DNA of 64,000 nucleotides from Escherichia coli (GTDB lineage Bacteria; Pseudomonadota; Gammaproteobacteria; Enterobacterales; Enterobacteriaceae): NCBI RefSeq assembly GCF_016026235.1, contig NZ_CP065613.1; one strand, 5' to 3'. Shown piece by piece: positions 41,644 to 55,829 of this stretch (position 1 is its first letter; each line of letters starts with the position of its first letter). The notes under the pieces were generated by a model. It saw only the letters and a program-made list of their open reading frames with translations, ran no database searches and was not told where the DNA came from. The position numbers and the translations under genes were made by a program.

Positions 41644-42048
41644 TTGCATCCGGAGAACATGATGTTTCTGAAACAGGATACGTTTAATTATGAAAAACAG
41701 TCCGTGGTGCTCAGTGAGCTGTCCGGGCTGCAGAGAATTGAATATCTGACGTTTGTTCAGCAGCGAACGGCAAAGTTTGATGCACAGGAGGGAGAACTGC
41801 CGGAGGCTGAACGACAGATTGCTTTTCTGCGTATGGGAATGGATATCAATGCCTGGCTGGTTTCCCGCTCACTGTGGAATGCTGAGCAGTCTCAGGATGT
41901 TGAGACGCTTTGCGCATCCATTATGACAACATGGTCGTATGATGCGCTGGGCGCGGGGGCGGAGAGGGTTCTGTCGCTGAGCGGTATGGGGACCATTGAG
42001 AATGCCGGGGATGATGATCATGAGGCGCTGACGCCGGAAAAGTCCTGA
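41644..42048 (+). CDS. G: Tail assembly chaperone G
   Basis: Similarity to lambda G (MFLK…LSELSGLQRIE…). Confidence 0.75.
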   Translation: MHPENMMFLKQDTFNYEKQSVVLSELSGLQRIEYLTFVQQRTAKFDAQEGELPEAERQIAFLRMGMDINAWLVSRSLWNAEQSQDVETLCASIMTTWSYDALGAGAERVLSLSGMGTIENAGDDDHEALTPEKS

Positions 42049-42386
42049 CGCGGGAAATGCAGTTTGTCATGCGGCTTGCCCGGGAGTTCCGGCGGGCAGA
42101 CTGGCGGCGGATGCTGTCGGAAATGTCGGCCACTGAGCTTGGTGAGTGGGGCGATTATTTCCGGATGCAGAGCTTCAGTGATGTGTGGATGGATGCGCAG
42201 TTTGCCTCGCTGAAGGCATTGATCGTGAGAATGGTGTCCGGCAGCAGCGATGCTGCGGTGGCTGATTTCAGCCTTTTACCGGAAGAGAACGGGATACCGG
42301 AGCGAACGGACGAAGAACTGATGCATCTTGGGGAAGGTATTTCCGGAGGTGTGCGTTATGGACCAGATAGCCAACCTGGTCATTGA
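42024..42386 (+). CDS. T: T portion of tail assembly chaperone G-T (expected to be expressed via a -1 frameshift from G)
   Basis: The -1 frame is open from 42024 and overlaps the G 3' end. The only slippery candidate in the overlap is G_GAA_AAG (42036-42042), one substitution away from lambda's G_GGA_AAG. Confidence 0.55.
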   Translation, partial: GADAGKVLTREMQFVMRLAREFRRADWRRMLSEMSATELGEWGDYFRMQSFSDVWMDAQFASLKALIVRMVSGSSDAAVADFSLLPEENGIPERTDEELMHLGEGISGGVRYGPDSQPGH

Positions 42387-45300
42387 TTTGGGGATTGATG
42401 CGGCAGAGTTTAAAAATGAAATTCCCCGTATCAAAAACCTTCTGAATGGTGCAGCCAGCGATGCAGAACGGTCTTCTGCCCGTATGCAGCGTTTTATGGA
42501 GCGTCAGACTCAGGCCGCCCGGCAGACAACGCAGGCGGCTTCTTCGGCTGCAACAGCCGCATCCGTCCATGCGCAGACGGTGGAGAAGAACGCACAGGCT
42601 CATGAACGCATGGCCCGCGAGGTGGAGAAAACCCGCCAGCGCATGGAGGCGCTGAGCCAGAAAATGCGCGAGGAACAGGCGCAGGCCAGGGCACTGGCGG
42701 AGGCGCAGGATAAAGCGGCTGCCGCCTTTTATCGCCAGATTGACAGTGTGAAACAGGCCGGTGCGGGGCTTCAGGAATTACAGCGTATTCAGCAGCAGAT
42801 CCGACAGGCCAGAAACAGTGGCGGGGTTGGTCAGCAGGATTATCTGGCGCTGATTTCGGAGATCACGGCGAAAACCCGTGCCCTGACGCAGGCAGAGGAA
42901 CAGGCCACCCGGCAGAAAGCGGCGTTTATCCGCCAGCTTAAAGAGCAGGCAACCCGCCAGAATCTGTCGTCTTCTGAGTTGCTTCGCGCCAGGGCGGCTC
43001 AGCTGGGGGTAAGCAGTGCTGCAGAAGTGTATATCCGCAAAATGGAGCGGGCAGGAAAAGCCACACATTCGCTGGGGCTGAAAAGTGCGGCAGCCCGGCG
43101 GGAGCTGGGGGTGTTAATCAGTCAGATGGCGCGCGGCAATTTTGGTGCGCTGAGGGGATCCGGGATAACGCTGGCTAACCGTGCCGGATGGACAGGCGCA
43201 CTGATGTCGCCGAAAGGCATGATGACTGGCGGCGTTATTGGCGGACTTGTCGCGGCGGTCCTGGGTCTGGGTAAAGCCTGGCATGACGGCCGGAAGGAGG
43301 GCGAGGAATTTAACCGTCAGCTGGCGCTGACGGGACATTATGCCGGTGTCACTGTCGGGCAGTTGTGGAAACTCAGCCGGGCCATATCCGGGAATGGTAT
43401 CACGCAACATGCGGCAGCCGGTGCGCTGGCACAGGTGGTGGGCAGTGGGGCATTTCATGGAAACGATATTGGTATGGTGGCGAAAGCTGCCGCACAGATG
43501 GAGCGATCGGTTGGCCAGTCGGTCAGCGATACCATAAATCAGTTTAAGCGGCTGAAGGATGATCCTGTAAATGCCGCGAAGGCGCTGGACAATGCGCTGC
43601 ATTTTTTGACTGCCACTCAGCTTGAGCAGATACGCGTCCTTGGGGAGCAGGGGCGGTCCAGTGATGCGGCCCGGATCGCCATGTCTGCGCTGGCAGAGGA
43701 AACCGGTAAACGCACATCTGATATTGATAATAATCTCAATGCGCTGGGTAGTACGCTGCAAACCTTGTCTGACTGGTGGAAGCAGTTCTGGGATGCGGCC
43801 ATGAATATTGGTCGTGAAGACTCGCTGGATGCGCAGATTGATGCGTTACAGGAAAAAATTCAGCGCGCGAAAAAATATCCGTGGACAAACGCCTCCACAC
43901 AGGTGGAGTACGATCAGCAGCGTCTTAACGATCTTCAGGAGAAAAAACGCCGGAAGGATTTGCAGGATGCAAAAGCGCAGGCAGAACGGAATTACCAGGA
44001 GCAACAGAAACGCCGGAATGCTGAAAATGCCGCGCTGAACCGGATGAATGAAACGGAAGCTGCACGACATCAGCGGGAAATTGCGCGTATTAATGCCATG
44101 CAGTACGCCGACCAGGCTGTCAGGGATGCGGCGATACAGCGTGAAAATGAACGTTACGAAAAAGCCATTAAGAAAAATACACGGGCAACCCGTAATGATG
44201 AGGCCACCCGGTTATTGCTGCAGTACAGTCAGCAGCAGGCACAGGTGGAAGGGCAGATTGCTGCTGCCAGACAGTCAGCAGGCATTGCCACTGAAAGGAT
44301 GACTGAAGCGCATAAACAGCTTCTGGCCCTGCAGCAGCGCATCAGCGACCTGGGCGGGAAAAAGCTGACGGCAGATGAAAAGAGTGTGCTGGCCCGTAAG
44401 AATGAGCTGATTCAGGCGCTGACGCTGCTGGATGTGAAACAGCAGGAGCTGCAGAAACAGACAGCGCTTAACGACCTGAGAAAAAAAACGGTTCAGCTGA
44501 CCAGCCAGCTGGCAGACAAAGAACGTGCACTGCGTGAGCAGCACAATCTGGATATTGCCACTGCAGGTATGGGGATAAGCAGCGGCAGCGCTACCAGGCA
44601 CAGTTGCGCATCCGGCAGGAATACCGGCAACAGTTGCAACAGCTTGAGAATGACAGTCGCCAGAAAGGCACTTACGGGACGGAGGACTACCGGAGGGCTG
44701 AGGAGGTGCTGAAGGGGAGCCTGAAGCGACAACTGAATGAAAACAAACGCTACTGGCAGGAACTGGAAGTGGCGCAGGGCGACTGGAAAAACGGTGCCAT
44801 GCGGGCGTTTCAGAATTTTACGGCGGATGCGGATAATGCGGCGGGAACGGCAGAACAGATGTTTACAGTGGCATTCAGCAGTGCCGGTAATGCACTGGCG
44901 ACATTCTGTACCACCGGTAAGCTGAATTTTAAATCCTTTACCTCTTCCCTGTTGTCAGATATGGCCAGAATTATGGCACAGATGGCCATGATGCAGGCGG
45001 TAAAGGGCGTCGGTTCTTTATTCGGCTTCACGACTAATGCTGATGGCGGTGTTTACCAGTCTGCTGATTTGAGTCGCTACAGTGGCACGGTGGTTAACCG
45101 TCCGACGTTTTTTGCTTTTGCAAAAGGCGCGGGTGTGATGGGGGAAGCGGGACCTGAAGCCATTCTGCCACTGCGTCGCGGTGCTGATGGTAAGCTGGGG
45201 GTTGTGGCGGATACTGGTGGTTCAGGCATGGTGATGTTTGCCCCGCAGTACAACATTGAGATCAATAACGATGGCACGAACGGGCAGATAGGTCCGGCTG

Positions 45301-45398
45301 CCCTGAAGGTGGTTTATGACCTCGGGAAAAAAGCGGCCGCGGACTTTATGCAACAGCAGGCCCGTGATGGTGGCCGGTTAAGTGGAGCATACCGGTAA
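42358..45398 (+). pseudogene. H: Tape measure protein H with an apparent frameshift at a G4 run at 44571-44574
   Basis: N-terminal 2.3 kb in frame 1 and C-terminal 0.8 kb in frame 3. The C-terminus (…INNDGTNGQIGPAALKVVYD…RDGGRLSGAYR) matches the lambda H C-terminus. One added G joins the frames (…AGMGDKQRQRYQAQL…). Confidence 0.7.
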
Positions 45399-45727
45399 TG
45401 GAGACGTTTCACTGGAAAGTGCGCCCGGATATGAATGTGGTATCAGAGCCGAAAGTGGTGACAGTGAAGCTGGGCGATGGTTATGAACAGCGTCGTGCGG
45501 CGGGACTGAATAACCAGTTGTCGACTTACAGCGTGACGATACGTGTTCGTAAAGGTGAACACCCATCTTTAAAAGCCTTTCTGGAACGGCACGGTGGCGT
45601 CCGCGCATTTCAGTGGACGCCACCTTATGACTGGAAGCCGATCAGGGTGGTTTGTCGTAAATGGTCGGCAAGCGTGGGGGCGTTGTGGGTAACCATAACG
45701 GCAGATTTTGAACAGGTCGTGGCATAG
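45398..45727 (+). CDS. M: Tail tip protein M
   Basis: 109 aa. Lambda order. Confidence 0.85.
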   Translation: METFHWKVRPDMNVVSEPKVVTVKLGDGYEQRRAAGLNNQLSTYSVTIRVRKGEHPSLKAFLERHGGVRAFQWTPPYDWKPIRVVCRKWSASVGALWVTITADFEQVVA

Positions 45728-45736
45728 GAGTCTCTG

Positions 45737-46435
45737 ATGCAGGATATTCCACAGGAAACACATCATGAGACGACACGCCTCACTCAGTCAGCCCAGGTGG
45801 TGCTCTGGGAAATCGATCTGACAGTGGTCGGTGGAGAACGTTATTTTTTCTGTAATGAGCAGAACGATAAAGGTGAGCCGGTCACCTGGCAGAGGCGACA
45901 GTATCAGGCGTATCCCATTCAGGGGACGGGATTTGAACTGAACGGCAAAGGCAGTGCTGCCCGTCCGACACTGACGGTTTCTAACCTGCACGGCATGGTC
46001 ACCGGGATGGCGGAAGACCTGCAGAGTCTGGTCGGAGGAACGGTGGTCCGGCGTAAGGTTTACGCCCGTTTTCTGGATGCGGTGAACTTCGTCAACGGAA
46101 ACAGTGACGCCGATCCGGAGCAGGAGGTGATCAGCCGCTGGCGCATCGAGCAGTGCAGCGAACTGAGCGCGGTGAGTGCCTCTTTTGTACTGTCCACGCC
46201 GACGGAAACGGACGGCGCTGTTTTTCCGGGGCGCATCATGCTGGCTAATACCTGCACCTGGACCTATCGCGGTGATGAGTGCGGTTATCACGGTCCGGCG
46301 GTCGCGGATGAATATGACCAGCCGACCTCCGATATCACGAAGGATAAATGCAGCAAATGCCTGAGCGGCTGTAAGTTTCGCAATAACGTCGGCAACTTTG
46401 GCGGCTTCCTTTCCATTAACAAACTTTCGCAGTGA
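45737..46435 (+). CDS. L: Tail tip protein L
   Basis: 232 aa with a C-terminal Cys cluster. Lambda-like. Confidence 0.85.
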   Translation: MQDIPQETHHETTRLTQSAQVVLWEIDLTVVGGERYFFCNEQNDKGEPVTWQRRQYQAYPIQGTGFELNGKGSAARPTLTVSNLHGMVTGMAEDLQSLVGGTVVRRKVYARFLDAVNFVNGNSDADPEQEVISRWRIEQCSELSAVSASFVLSTPTETDGAVFPGRIMLANTCTWTYRGDECGYHGPAVADEYDQPTSDITKDKCSKCLSGCKFRNNVGNFGGFLSINKLSQ

Positions 46436-47184
46436 ATCCCATGACAGAGACAGAATCAGCGATTCTGGCGCACGCCCGGCGATGTGCGCCAGCGGAGTCG
46501 TGCGGCTTCGTGGTGAGAACACCGGAGGGGGAAAGATATTTTCCCTGCGTGAATATCTCCGGTGAGCCGGAGGAGTATTTCCGGATGTCGCCGGAGGACT
46601 GGCTGCGGGCAGAGATGCAGGGTGAGATTGTGGCGCTGGTCCACAGCCACCCCGGTGGTCTGCCCTGGCTGAGTGAGACCGACCGGCGGCTGCAGGTGCA
46701 GAGTGATTTGCCGTGGTGGCTGGTTTGCCGGGGGGCGATTCACAAGTTCCGCTGTGTGCCACATCTTTCCGGGCGGCGCTTTGAGCACGGGGTGACGGAC
46801 TGTTACACGCTGTTCCGGGATGCTTACCATCTGGCGGGGATTGAGATGCCGGATTTTCATCGCGAGGATGACTGGTGGCGTAACGGTCAGAATCTCTATC
46901 TGGATAATCTGGAGGCCACAGGGCTGTATCAGGTGCCGTTGTCAGCGGCGCAGCCGGGCGATGTGCTGCTGTGCTGTTTTGGTTCATCGGTGCCGAATCA
47001 TGCCGCCATTTACTGTGGTGACGGCGAGCTGCTGCACCATATTCCTGAACAACTGAGCAAACGAGAGAGGTACACCGACAAATGGCAGCGACGCACACAC
47101 TCCCTCTGGCGTCACCGGGCATGGCACGCATCTGCCTTTACGGGGATTTACAACGATTTGGCCGCCGCATCGACCTTCGAGTGA
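46432..47184 (+). CDS. K: Tail tip assembly protein K (NlpC/P60 + JAB/MPN domains)
   Basis: HSHPGG MPN motif. Overlaps gene I by ~100 nt as in lambda. Confidence 0.8.
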   Translation: MNPMTETESAILAHARRCAPAESCGFVVRTPEGERYFPCVNISGEPEEYFRMSPEDWLRAEMQGEIVALVHSHPGGLPWLSETDRRLQVQSDLPWWLVCRGAIHKFRCVPHLSGRRFEHGVTDCYTLFRDAYHLAGIEMPDFHREDDWWRNGQNLYLDNLEATGLYQVPLSAAQPGDVLLCCFGSSVPNHAAIYCGDGELLHHIPEQLSKRERYTDKWQRRTHSLWRHRAWHASAFTGIYNDLAAASTFE

Positions 47185-47729
47185 AAACGGGGTCCGAAGC
47201 CATCCGGGCGCTGGCCATGCAGATCCCGGCGTTTCGTCAGAAACTGAGCGACGGCTGGTACCAGGTACGCATTGCCGGGCGTGATGCAGGTGAAACCGAA
47301 TTGTCTGCCCGTCTTAATGAGCCGCTGGCAAATGGTGCCGTGATCCACATCGTGCCGCGTCTGGCGGGAGCTAAAAGTGGCAGTGTGTTTCAGGTGGTGC
47401 TGGGGGTGGCGCTGATTGCGGTGGCATGGTGGAACCCTGTGGGCTGGCTGGGTGCCGCGGCTGTATCGGGCATGTATGCGGCAGGGGCCAGTATGATCCT
47501 GGGCGGAGTGGCGCAGATGCTGGCACCGAAAGCCAGGACGCCCACGGCAGCAAGTACAGATAACGGCAAACAGAACACCTATTTCTCCTCACTGGATAAC
47601 ATGGTTGCCCAGGGCAATGTTCTGCCCGTTCTGTACGGTGAAATGCGCGTGGGGTCGCGGGTGGTCTCTCAGGAGATCCGCACGGCAGACGAAGGGGATG
47701 GTGGTCAGGTTGTGGTGATTGGTCGCTGA
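47082..47729 (+). CDS. I: Tail tip assembly protein I
   Basis: Near-identical to lambda gpI as I recall it. Confidence 0.85.
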   Translation: MAATHTLPLASPGMARICLYGDLQRFGRRIDLRVKTGSEAIRALAMQIPAFRQKLSDGWYQVRIAGRDAGETELSARLNEPLANGAVIHIVPRLAGAKSGSVFQVVLGVALIAVAWWNPVGWLGAAAVSGMYAAGASMILGGVAQMLAPKARTPTAASTDNGKQNTYFSSLDNMVAQGNVLPVLYGEMRVGSRVVSQEIRTADEGDGGQVVVIGR

Positions 47730-47786
47730 TGAAAAACGTTTTATGTGAAACCGCCTCCGGGCGGTTTTGTCGTTTATGGAGCGTGA

Positions 47787-51198
<3,412 letters not shown>

Positions 51199-51267
51199 AA
51201 TTGTTATAACCCATATAAGGGCACCAGAAATGGTGCCTTTTTTATTGCAGAAAAGCGAGAGGTAATT

Positions 51268-51867
51268 ATGCGTAAACTTTATGCCGCCATTTTGTCCGCA
51301 GCCATTTGTCTGGCCGTATCCGGTGCGCCTGCATGGGCATCTGAACATCAGTCCACGCTGAGCGCGGGGTATCTTCATGCCTCGACGAACGTTCCCGGCA
51401 GCGATGATCTTAACGGGATTAACGTGAAATACCGTTATGAGTTTACGGACACACTGGGGCTGGTGACGTCATTCAGCTATGCAGGAGACAAGAATCGCCA
51501 GCTTACCCGTTACAGCGATACCCGCTGGCATGAAGATTCCGTGCGTAACCGCTGGTTCAGCGTGATGGTGGGGCCGTCTGTGCGCGTGAATGAATGGTTC
51601 AGCGCGTATGCGATGGCGGGTATGGCTTACAGCCGTGTGTCGACTTTCTCCGGGGATTATCTCCGCGTAACTGACAACAAGGGGAAAACGCACGACGTGC
51701 TGACCGGAAGTGATGACGGTCGCCACAGCAACACGTCTCTGGCGTGGGGAGCTGGCGTGCAGTTTAACCCGACCGAATCCGTGGCCATTGACCTTGCTTA
51801 TGAAGGTTCCGGCAGTGGCGACTGGCGCACTGACGGTTTCATCGTGGGTGTCGGTTATAAGTTCTGA
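51268..51867 (+). CDS. lom: Lom outer-membrane protein (Ail/OmpX family)
   Basis: Signal peptide and beta-barrel pattern. C-terminal …VGVGYKF. Confidence 0.85.
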
Positions 51868-51892
51868 TTAGCCAGGTAACACAGTGTTATGA

Positions 51893-51921
51893 CAGCCCGC
51901 TGGTTCAGGCGGGCTTTTTGT
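51893..51921 (+). terminator. Rho-independent terminator after lom (agcccgc…gcgggct plus T5)
   Basis: Hairpin plus U-run. Confidence 0.55.
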
Positions 51922-51930
51922 GGGGTGAAT

Positions 51931-53343
51931 ATGGCAGTAAAGATTTCAGGTGTACTGAAAGATGGGGCGGGTAAACCTGTCGTAAATTGTGCGATTGAAC
52001 TGCGGGCCAGAAGAACCAGTCCGACCGTTGTGGCACACGTTGTTGCCACTTGCGTGACGGACAATAACGGTGCTTATGTGATTGAGGCTGAGCCGGGGTA
52101 TTACGAGGTTGCGCTTCACTGTAACGGCTGGCAGCCAACCCGTGTCGGGGATATTGATGTGGCACCGACTGATGCACCGGGGACACTGAACGCGTTTCTG
52201 AATGCACCAAAGGATGGTGATTTACGTCCGGAGGTGATGAAGCGCTTTGAGGAAATGGTGGCGCAGGCGCAGCAGAGTGCCGGGGCTGCAGCCGGAAACG
52301 CACAGCAGACGGCGCAGAATGTGGCGGCAGCCGCAACGGCCCGTGATGATGCACAACGTTTTGCGGAGAATGCCAGACAGGATGCAGTTGCCACTGCAGA
52401 GGACAGAAAGGCCACTGCGGAAGACGTGAAAAGCACGGGGAAAAACGCCGTCTTATCCGGTCAGCGTGCACAGGCAGCCGCAGGTTATGCCCGCGCAGCA
52501 GAACAGGCCAAAAATGACATTGATGCTGCGCTGACCGGCACTCTGAAAACGGCTAACCATCTGTCAGAAATCGCAGCAGCAGGCGAAAAGGCACAACAGA
52601 AGTCCCGGGATAATCTGGGGCTGAAAAGTGCGGCCACGATGGAAGCACAGAGCGACATTTACGACCGGACAAAAGGCCGTCTGGCGATACCCGGCGCATT
52701 CGGCTTTGGGTGTGCTTTTCTGCCTGAAGATGTTATCCGTTTTGACACTAAGAGTGATTTCCTGGCCTGGGTAAGGAATGCGCTGCCAGGTGAGTATTCC
52801 GTTGCTGGCCGCCTGGGCATCATACCCGACACACGGTTTGAAGGGGTGCTCAGCATCCGGTGGACTGATGCACGCCCTGAGACAACAGAACCGCGGTACA
52901 GAGCCAAATCCCTTACTTTTTACGGCATTAACGGCCCCATTTATCACACCCGCTACTGCTACTGGCCCATATCCAGACTGACTGACTGGGTGAAAATAAA
53001 TATAACCACAGAAGATATTATTTACAGAATCGTGGCGAGCTCTGTCTGCAACAGATGGGGAGACCCTGACATTGGCGGGCTGATTATTGCTGCGTACCAG
53101 GGAGAAGCTGACGGTGATAAAGTCATCAGACTTGTCAGGGGGCAGTCATACAGAGGCTCACGACTGGGACCGGTGGGGATTTCAGTGCCCAGTACTCCCA
53201 CCGGAACGCATATAGCATACCCACAATTTTTCATTACGGGATGTTCAGAGCATTCATTACCGGGGTCATATTGCGCCCTGTCCGGGGTGCCGGATGCACA
53301 TGTCTCTGGCGCAATGCCCGGGCTTTTTATTCGCACATCGTGA
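51931..53343 (+). CDS. stf: Side tail fibre protein (Stf). Lambda-Stf-like N-terminus (MAVKISGVLKDGAGKPV…) with a distinct C-terminal receptor-binding domain.
   Basis: N-terminal ~25 aa near-identical to lambda Stf as I recall it. The Ala/Gln-rich shaft then diverges. Confidence 0.7.
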   Translation: MAVKISGVLKDGAGKPVVNCAIELRARRTSPTVVAHVVATCVTDNNGAYVIEAEPGYYEVALHCNGWQPTRVGDIDVAPTDAPGTLNAFLNAPKDGDLRPEVMKRFEEMVAQAQQSAGAAAGNAQQTAQNVAAAATARDDAQRFAENARQDAVATAEDRKATAEDVKSTGKNAVLSGQRAQAAAGYARAAEQAKNDIDAALTGTLKTANHLSEIAAAGEKAQQKSRDNLGLKSAATMEAQSDIYDRTKGRLAIPGAFGFGCAFLPEDVIRFDTKSDFLAWVRNALPGEYSVAGRLGIIPDTRFEGVLSIRWTDARPETTEPRYRAKSLTFYGINGPIYHTRYCYWPISRLTDWVKINITTEDIIYRIVASSVCNRWGDPDIGGLIIAAYQGEADGDKVIRLVRGQSYRGSRLGPVGISVPSTPTGTHIAYPQFFITGCSEHSLPGSYCALSGVPDAHVSGAMPGLFIRTS

Positions 53344-53353
53344 GGAATGCACC

Positions 53354-53917
53354 GTGGAAATTAAAAAAATCATTAATCCCCGTTATACCGAAAGTGGCGC
53401 AGTAGACTGTGACGTTTTTTTTGACGACAGGGACCAGGCAGTTCCCTACACAGCCACCGCTGATGATGTCGCACCGACGGGTCAGCAAATCTGGCAGGAA
53501 CTGCAAAGTGGCAAATGGGGTGAGATAGCCCCATTCACTGTGACACCAGAAATGCTGGAAGCGGCCAGAGAGGCCAGACGTCAGGAAATTGAAGCATGGC
53601 GCGCAGAACAGGAGGCGAAGCCGTTCACGTTTGAATGGAACGGTCGTATCTGGAATGCTGGTCCCGACTCACTGGGCCGCCTGTCCCCGGTAGTCATGCT
53701 GGCAAAATCTGTCACAGCACAAACACATATGGCGTGGAGCGATGCCGATAATCAGCAGGTGAAACTGTCGATGCCGGAACTGGAAGAACTGGCGGCAGCA
53801 ATGGTGCAGGCGCAGGTCGATCGCAACGATGAGATTTATCGCCGTCAGCGGGAGCTGAAGGAAGAGCTGAATAGTCTGAAGGATTTGAATTCGGTTAGGA
53901 ATTTTATCGTGGAATAA
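53354..53917 (+). CDS. tfa: Tail fibre assembly protein (Tfa), GTG start
   Basis: Immediately follows stf. ~187 aa with a C-terminal …DRNDEIYRRQRELKEELNSL… motif. Confidence 0.65.
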   Translation: MEIKKIINPRYTESGAVDCDVFFDDRDQAVPYTATADDVAPTGQQIWQELQSGKWGEIAPFTVTPEMLEAAREARRQEIEAWRAEQEAKPFTFEWNGRIWNAGPDSLGRLSPVVMLAKSVTAQTHMAWSDADNQQVKLSMPELEELAAAMVQAQVDRNDEIYRRQRELKEELNSLKDLNSVRNFIVE

Positions 53918-54117
53918 CAGAAGCTGCGGCACGTCGTATGCAGGAACGTGCCGCGGTTGGCTGGTAAACTTTCGATAGTGCGAGTATTGAATGATTTCTA
54001 GGCGTTATCGATTTTACGTATTTTTTGCATGATAGAATTCGTACCTCCTCCCAACGACCTTCCATGGCTTTCCGGACTTCTGTAGGCTGGCGGACGATGC
54101 TGTCCTCGGATGTTGTG

Positions 54118-54975
54118 CTAATTGGGTGATAACAGATCCTGTGTATGGGCGTTTCCCTTTGTGCGTGCGTTGATGCTGGTAACGGTAAACGTCATGATGA
54201 ACACGACCGCGAATAAGACGACAATCGTCGGAGCTGGTGCGCTGTCGATAAAAAAGGACAGCCAGACACCAGTCATTGACACTATTACCGATATGCCAGT
54301 CGCCAGTAGGAGCGCAATATGAAAGCGTTGTGTCAGGAGTACTGCAATGGCGCCAGGCGCAATGAGCAGAGAAATAGAGAGAATGATACCTACTGCTTTC
54401 AGCGTCGCCACAATGGTCAGGGAAACCATGCACAGCAGCCCATAATGCAGCCATCTCGTATGCAAACCGCTTACCTGCGCCTGTTGATAATCAAAGCTGA
54501 ACAGCAAAAAATCCCGCCATTTTACGCTAATAACAAGTGTAACCAGCCCGGCAATAATCACCGTCTGGATTATATCGCCGATGGTTATCCCGAGCATGTC
54601 GCCGAAAAGAATATGGTCAAGATGTACGTCTGGTTTGATTGCAATATACAAGATCAGACCTGCGGCAAACATGCCAGAAAAAACAATCCCCATAACTGTA
54701 TCTTGCTTGATTCGGCTGTTGTCTTTCAGGTATCCCGTCGCCACCGCGCAGAATACTCCGGCGACGAATGCCCCTGTAGCCAGAGGTAACCCCAGAATCC
54801 AGGTAAGCACGATGCCAGGAAAAACCGCATGACTCATCGCGTCACCCATCAGTGCCCAACCTTTCAGGACCAGAAAGACCGACAGCAGCGCACAGGGTAT
54901 GGAAACTACCAGTGAAATCAGCAGTGCGTGACTCATAAAGGTGAACTGCAGTGGCTCCAGTAATAATGCCATCAT
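54118..54975 (-). CDS. sitD: Mn/Fe ABC transporter permease SitD
   Basis: Polytopic membrane protein of the ABC-3 family. Last gene of a four-gene operon. Confidence 0.8.
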   Translation of the reverse strand: MMALLLEPLQFTFMSHALLISLVVSIPCALLSVFLVLKGWALMGDAMSHAVFPGIVLTWILGLPLATGAFVAGVFCAVATGYLKDNSRIKQDTVMGIVFSGMFAAGLILYIAIKPDVHLDHILFGDMLGITIGDIIQTVIIAGLVTLVISVKWRDFLLFSFDYQQAQVSGLHTRWLHYGLLCMVSLTIVATLKAVGIILSISLLIAPGAIAVLLTQRFHIALLLATGISVIVSMTGVWLSFFIDSAPAPTIVVLFAVVFIMTFTVTSINARTKGNAHTQDLLSPN

Positions 54976-55829
54976 GAGCGATCCTCCAGCGCTTTATGCG
55001 CACGCCGACGATTTGCCAAAAGTCCATGGGTGGGCGCAAATACAAATGCTAAAAGAAACAGCAGTGTCTGCGCCACCACGATGATTCCACCTGTCGCGCC
55101 GTCCAGAAAGTAACTGACCCACGCGCCGAGGAAACTGGTTACACTGCCAATAGTTACAGCAATTATGAGCAGGCGGGGAAAACGATCGGTTAACAACCAT
55201 GCTGTTGCACCGGGAGTCACCACCAGACAGATCACCAGAAAGGCACCAACCGTTTGCAGCGCCGCAACGGTCGAAACCGACAGCAGGGTGAAGAAGAGGA
55301 TTTTTAATCTGCCCGGATGTAATCCAATAGCACGGGCGTGATTCTCGTCGAAAAAGGTCACCATAAGATCTTTCCATTTGAAAAAAAGCACGATGATCGA
55401 GAGAATGCCAATGATAGTGAGTTGCAGGATATCCGCCGGATCGATTGCCAGAATATTGCCCAGGACGATGGTCTGAATGTTCACGGATGTCGGGTTCAAT
55501 GACACCATAAACAGCCCCAGGCCAAAAAAGGACGAGAAGATCAGGCCGATGATGGCATCTTCTTTTAAGCGGGTGCGTTGGTTAAGAAACAGCATGCTGC
55601 CCGCTGCCAGTCCGCCGGAAAAGAAGGCTCCCAGAGAAAACGGAAGCCCCAGCATATATGCCCCCGCAACACCCGGGACAATAGAGTGCGACAGCGCATC
55701 GCCAATCAGCGACCAGCCTTTTAGCATCAGATAGCATGACAGGAAAGCGCAGAGACCGCCGACCATTGCCGAGACCCACATCGCATTGAGCATATATTCA
55801 TAGCTGAAGGGTTCCAGTAGCACGTTCAT
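54972..55829 (-). CDS. sitC: Mn/Fe ABC transporter permease SitC
   Basis: ABC-3 permease. ATGA overlaps. Confidence 0.8.
   Translation of the reverse strand: MNVLLEPFSYEYMLNAMWVSAMVGGLCAFLSCYLMLKGWSLIGDALSHSIVPGVAGAYMLGLPFSLGAFFSGGLAAGSMLFLNQRTRLKEDAIIGLIFSSFFGLGLFMVSLNPTSVNIQTIVLGNILAIDPADILQLTIIGILSIIVLFFKWKDLMVTFFDENHARAIGLHPGRLKILFFTLLSVSTVAALQTVGAFLVICLVVTPGATAWLLTDRFPRLLIIAVTIGSVTSFLGAWVSYFLDGATGGIIVVAQTLLFLLAFVFAPTHGLLANRRRAHKALEDRS

Noticed and set aside
47082-47184. 103-bp overlap between tail genes K and I, which could be read as another frameshift
   Set aside because: Lambda K and I naturally overlap by about this length in different frames. Both ORFs are full length and conserved.
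54014-54454. 146-aa minus-strand ORF overlapping the sitD 3' end
   Set aside because: It is in a different frame of the same strand region as sitD and extends into the tfa-sit junction without an RBS. Spurious.
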